DNA of 64,000 nucleotides from Saccostrea echinata. Its lineage: Eukaryota. Positions 63,101 through 64,000 of this stretch are shown piece after piece. How positions within the stretch are numbered: position 1 is the stretch's first letter; every line of letters begins with the position of its first letter. A program made the position numbers and the translations under genes. The notes under the pieces are model-generated. The model was not told the origin of the DNA. It saw only the letters and a list, made by a program, of their open reading frames with translations, and made no database searches. The DNA is taken from assembly GCF_033153115.1 (NCBI RefSeq), contig NW_026889771.1, positions 7,502,001 to 7,566,000 on the forward strand. Direction: 5' to 3'.

Positions 63101-63783
63101 CATTAGATACAGGACCAGAACAGCGAAAGTATCAAATGCTTACACATTATTTAAACCAGGCAAAGTATTGTTGAACAAAATCAGATTGCTTTCAATTTCA
63201 AGGTACCAACATTTACATTATTAGTTACAGTGTATGAATTTATTGATCTCTGTTACAGAGAGAAAAACGGAGAGTTAAACAACTAAAAGAACAGATGGCA
63301 CAGTTGTCAGTGATTGACCAGCCAACAACCACCACCGAGTTGTATTCACAGAAAAAGGACAGCAAGGAGGAAAGTGAAAACAAAGTTGTCTCCCTTCCTC
63401 CAAATGACGAGATCTCATCTAAAACGGATTTAAAGCAGGTACCAGAGAAGAAAGACTCTATTTCAGAAGTTCAATCCTTGGAGAAGATTCAAATATTAGG
63501 TAAAAATCAGAAAGATTCGTCAACAGTGAGTGAATGTGACCAGACACAAGATAAAATTGCTGAAAAACCTCAATCAAGTGAAAAAACTCCTCATTTGCCA
63601 AGTGGACAGGTTGAAGCTTCTTCCACTGAAGAAGACACCACCTCTCTTAATGAAGAAGACCCTACCTCTCTTAATGAAGGAGAACCTCCTCCTTCCAAAT
63701 CCGTATCTCAGTTTTTAGAGAGACATGTCAATCAATTGTTTATAAGAGGAGATAATGTTGTTTCTATAATGATGCTAGAATGA
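60110..63783 (+). CDS. LSM11: U7 snRNA-associated Sm-like protein LSm11, 4 exons, ~389 aa
   Basis: Exons 60110-60542, 62339-62478, 62942-63013, 63259-63783 (1170 nt). Motifs LNLSSPSFDPLRALYS..PLNNIAEY, RNVLTRM, GPLSFLQRCV, Sm1 RGVCKGYIVAFDKHFNLAMIDVDE and Sm2 RHVNQLFIRGDNVV. Confidence 0.96.
60647..60769 (-). mobile_element. tRNA-like-core TG...CA element, copy 3 (putative solo LTR), 4-bp TSD
   Basis: Minus strand reads TATT|TGTGATGGTTTGG...TAGCTAAGTCAGTAGAGCA...GGTTTGATTCC...TTTCCTGTTACA|TATT. Confidence 0.8.
60968..61005. repeat. Perfect palindrome with 18-bp arms in LSM11 intron 1
   Basis: GGAGGGTCTAAACTGTGA-TG-TCACAGTTTAGACCCTCC. Confidence 0.9.
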
Positions 63784-64000
63784 AATTTGTTTATTTTTTT
63801 CAGGAAGATATGTACATGTATTTCAGTTGTTTATTAGAGAAGATATATTGTTGTATCTATATTATGAATTTGAAAGAAATTGTTGATTTTTTTAACAAAG
63901 CGTTATTTTTACTTCTGTAGAAAATTCTCTTCAGAACTGAGTTTCTGTAGGATGGTAATGGTTTAGAATATGAAATCTTGGACCATAATATTGGTACAGG

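Overview
Eukaryotic, AT-rich, intron-rich animal DNA. The repeat landscape (166-bp Cg170/HindIII-like satellite carried inside Helentron/pearl-type elements) points to an ostreid oyster. I assembled six spliced protein-coding genes by hand from splice sites and reading frames. They form three consecutive head-to-head pairs: ENKD1(-)/C2orf81-like(+), SNX8(-)/IQCE(+) and CCDC166(-)/LSM11(+). Four of the six are cilia- or centrosome-associated. Introns and intergenic DNA hold five or six tandem-repeat-carrying non-autonomous Helentron-like elements, several MITE families (TA, TTA, CTG, 5-bp and 2-bp target-site duplications [TSDs]), a truncated CR1-type LINE that splits a MITE, and three ~125-bp TG...CA elements built around a tRNA-like core (probable solo LTRs of a tRNA-containing TRIM). 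The most notable signals are a textbook U12 minor intron in CCDC166, a GC-AG intron and an N-terminal EH-like module in SNX8, one-IQ-per-exon modular exons in IQCE, a dense RFX X-box cluster at 11.2-13.2 kb, and the tRNA-LTR elements. There are three assembly gaps. Gene names come from my recollection of the protein families, not from database searches. Most entries in the ORF track are exon fragments or spurious. I found no prokaryote-style novel system.
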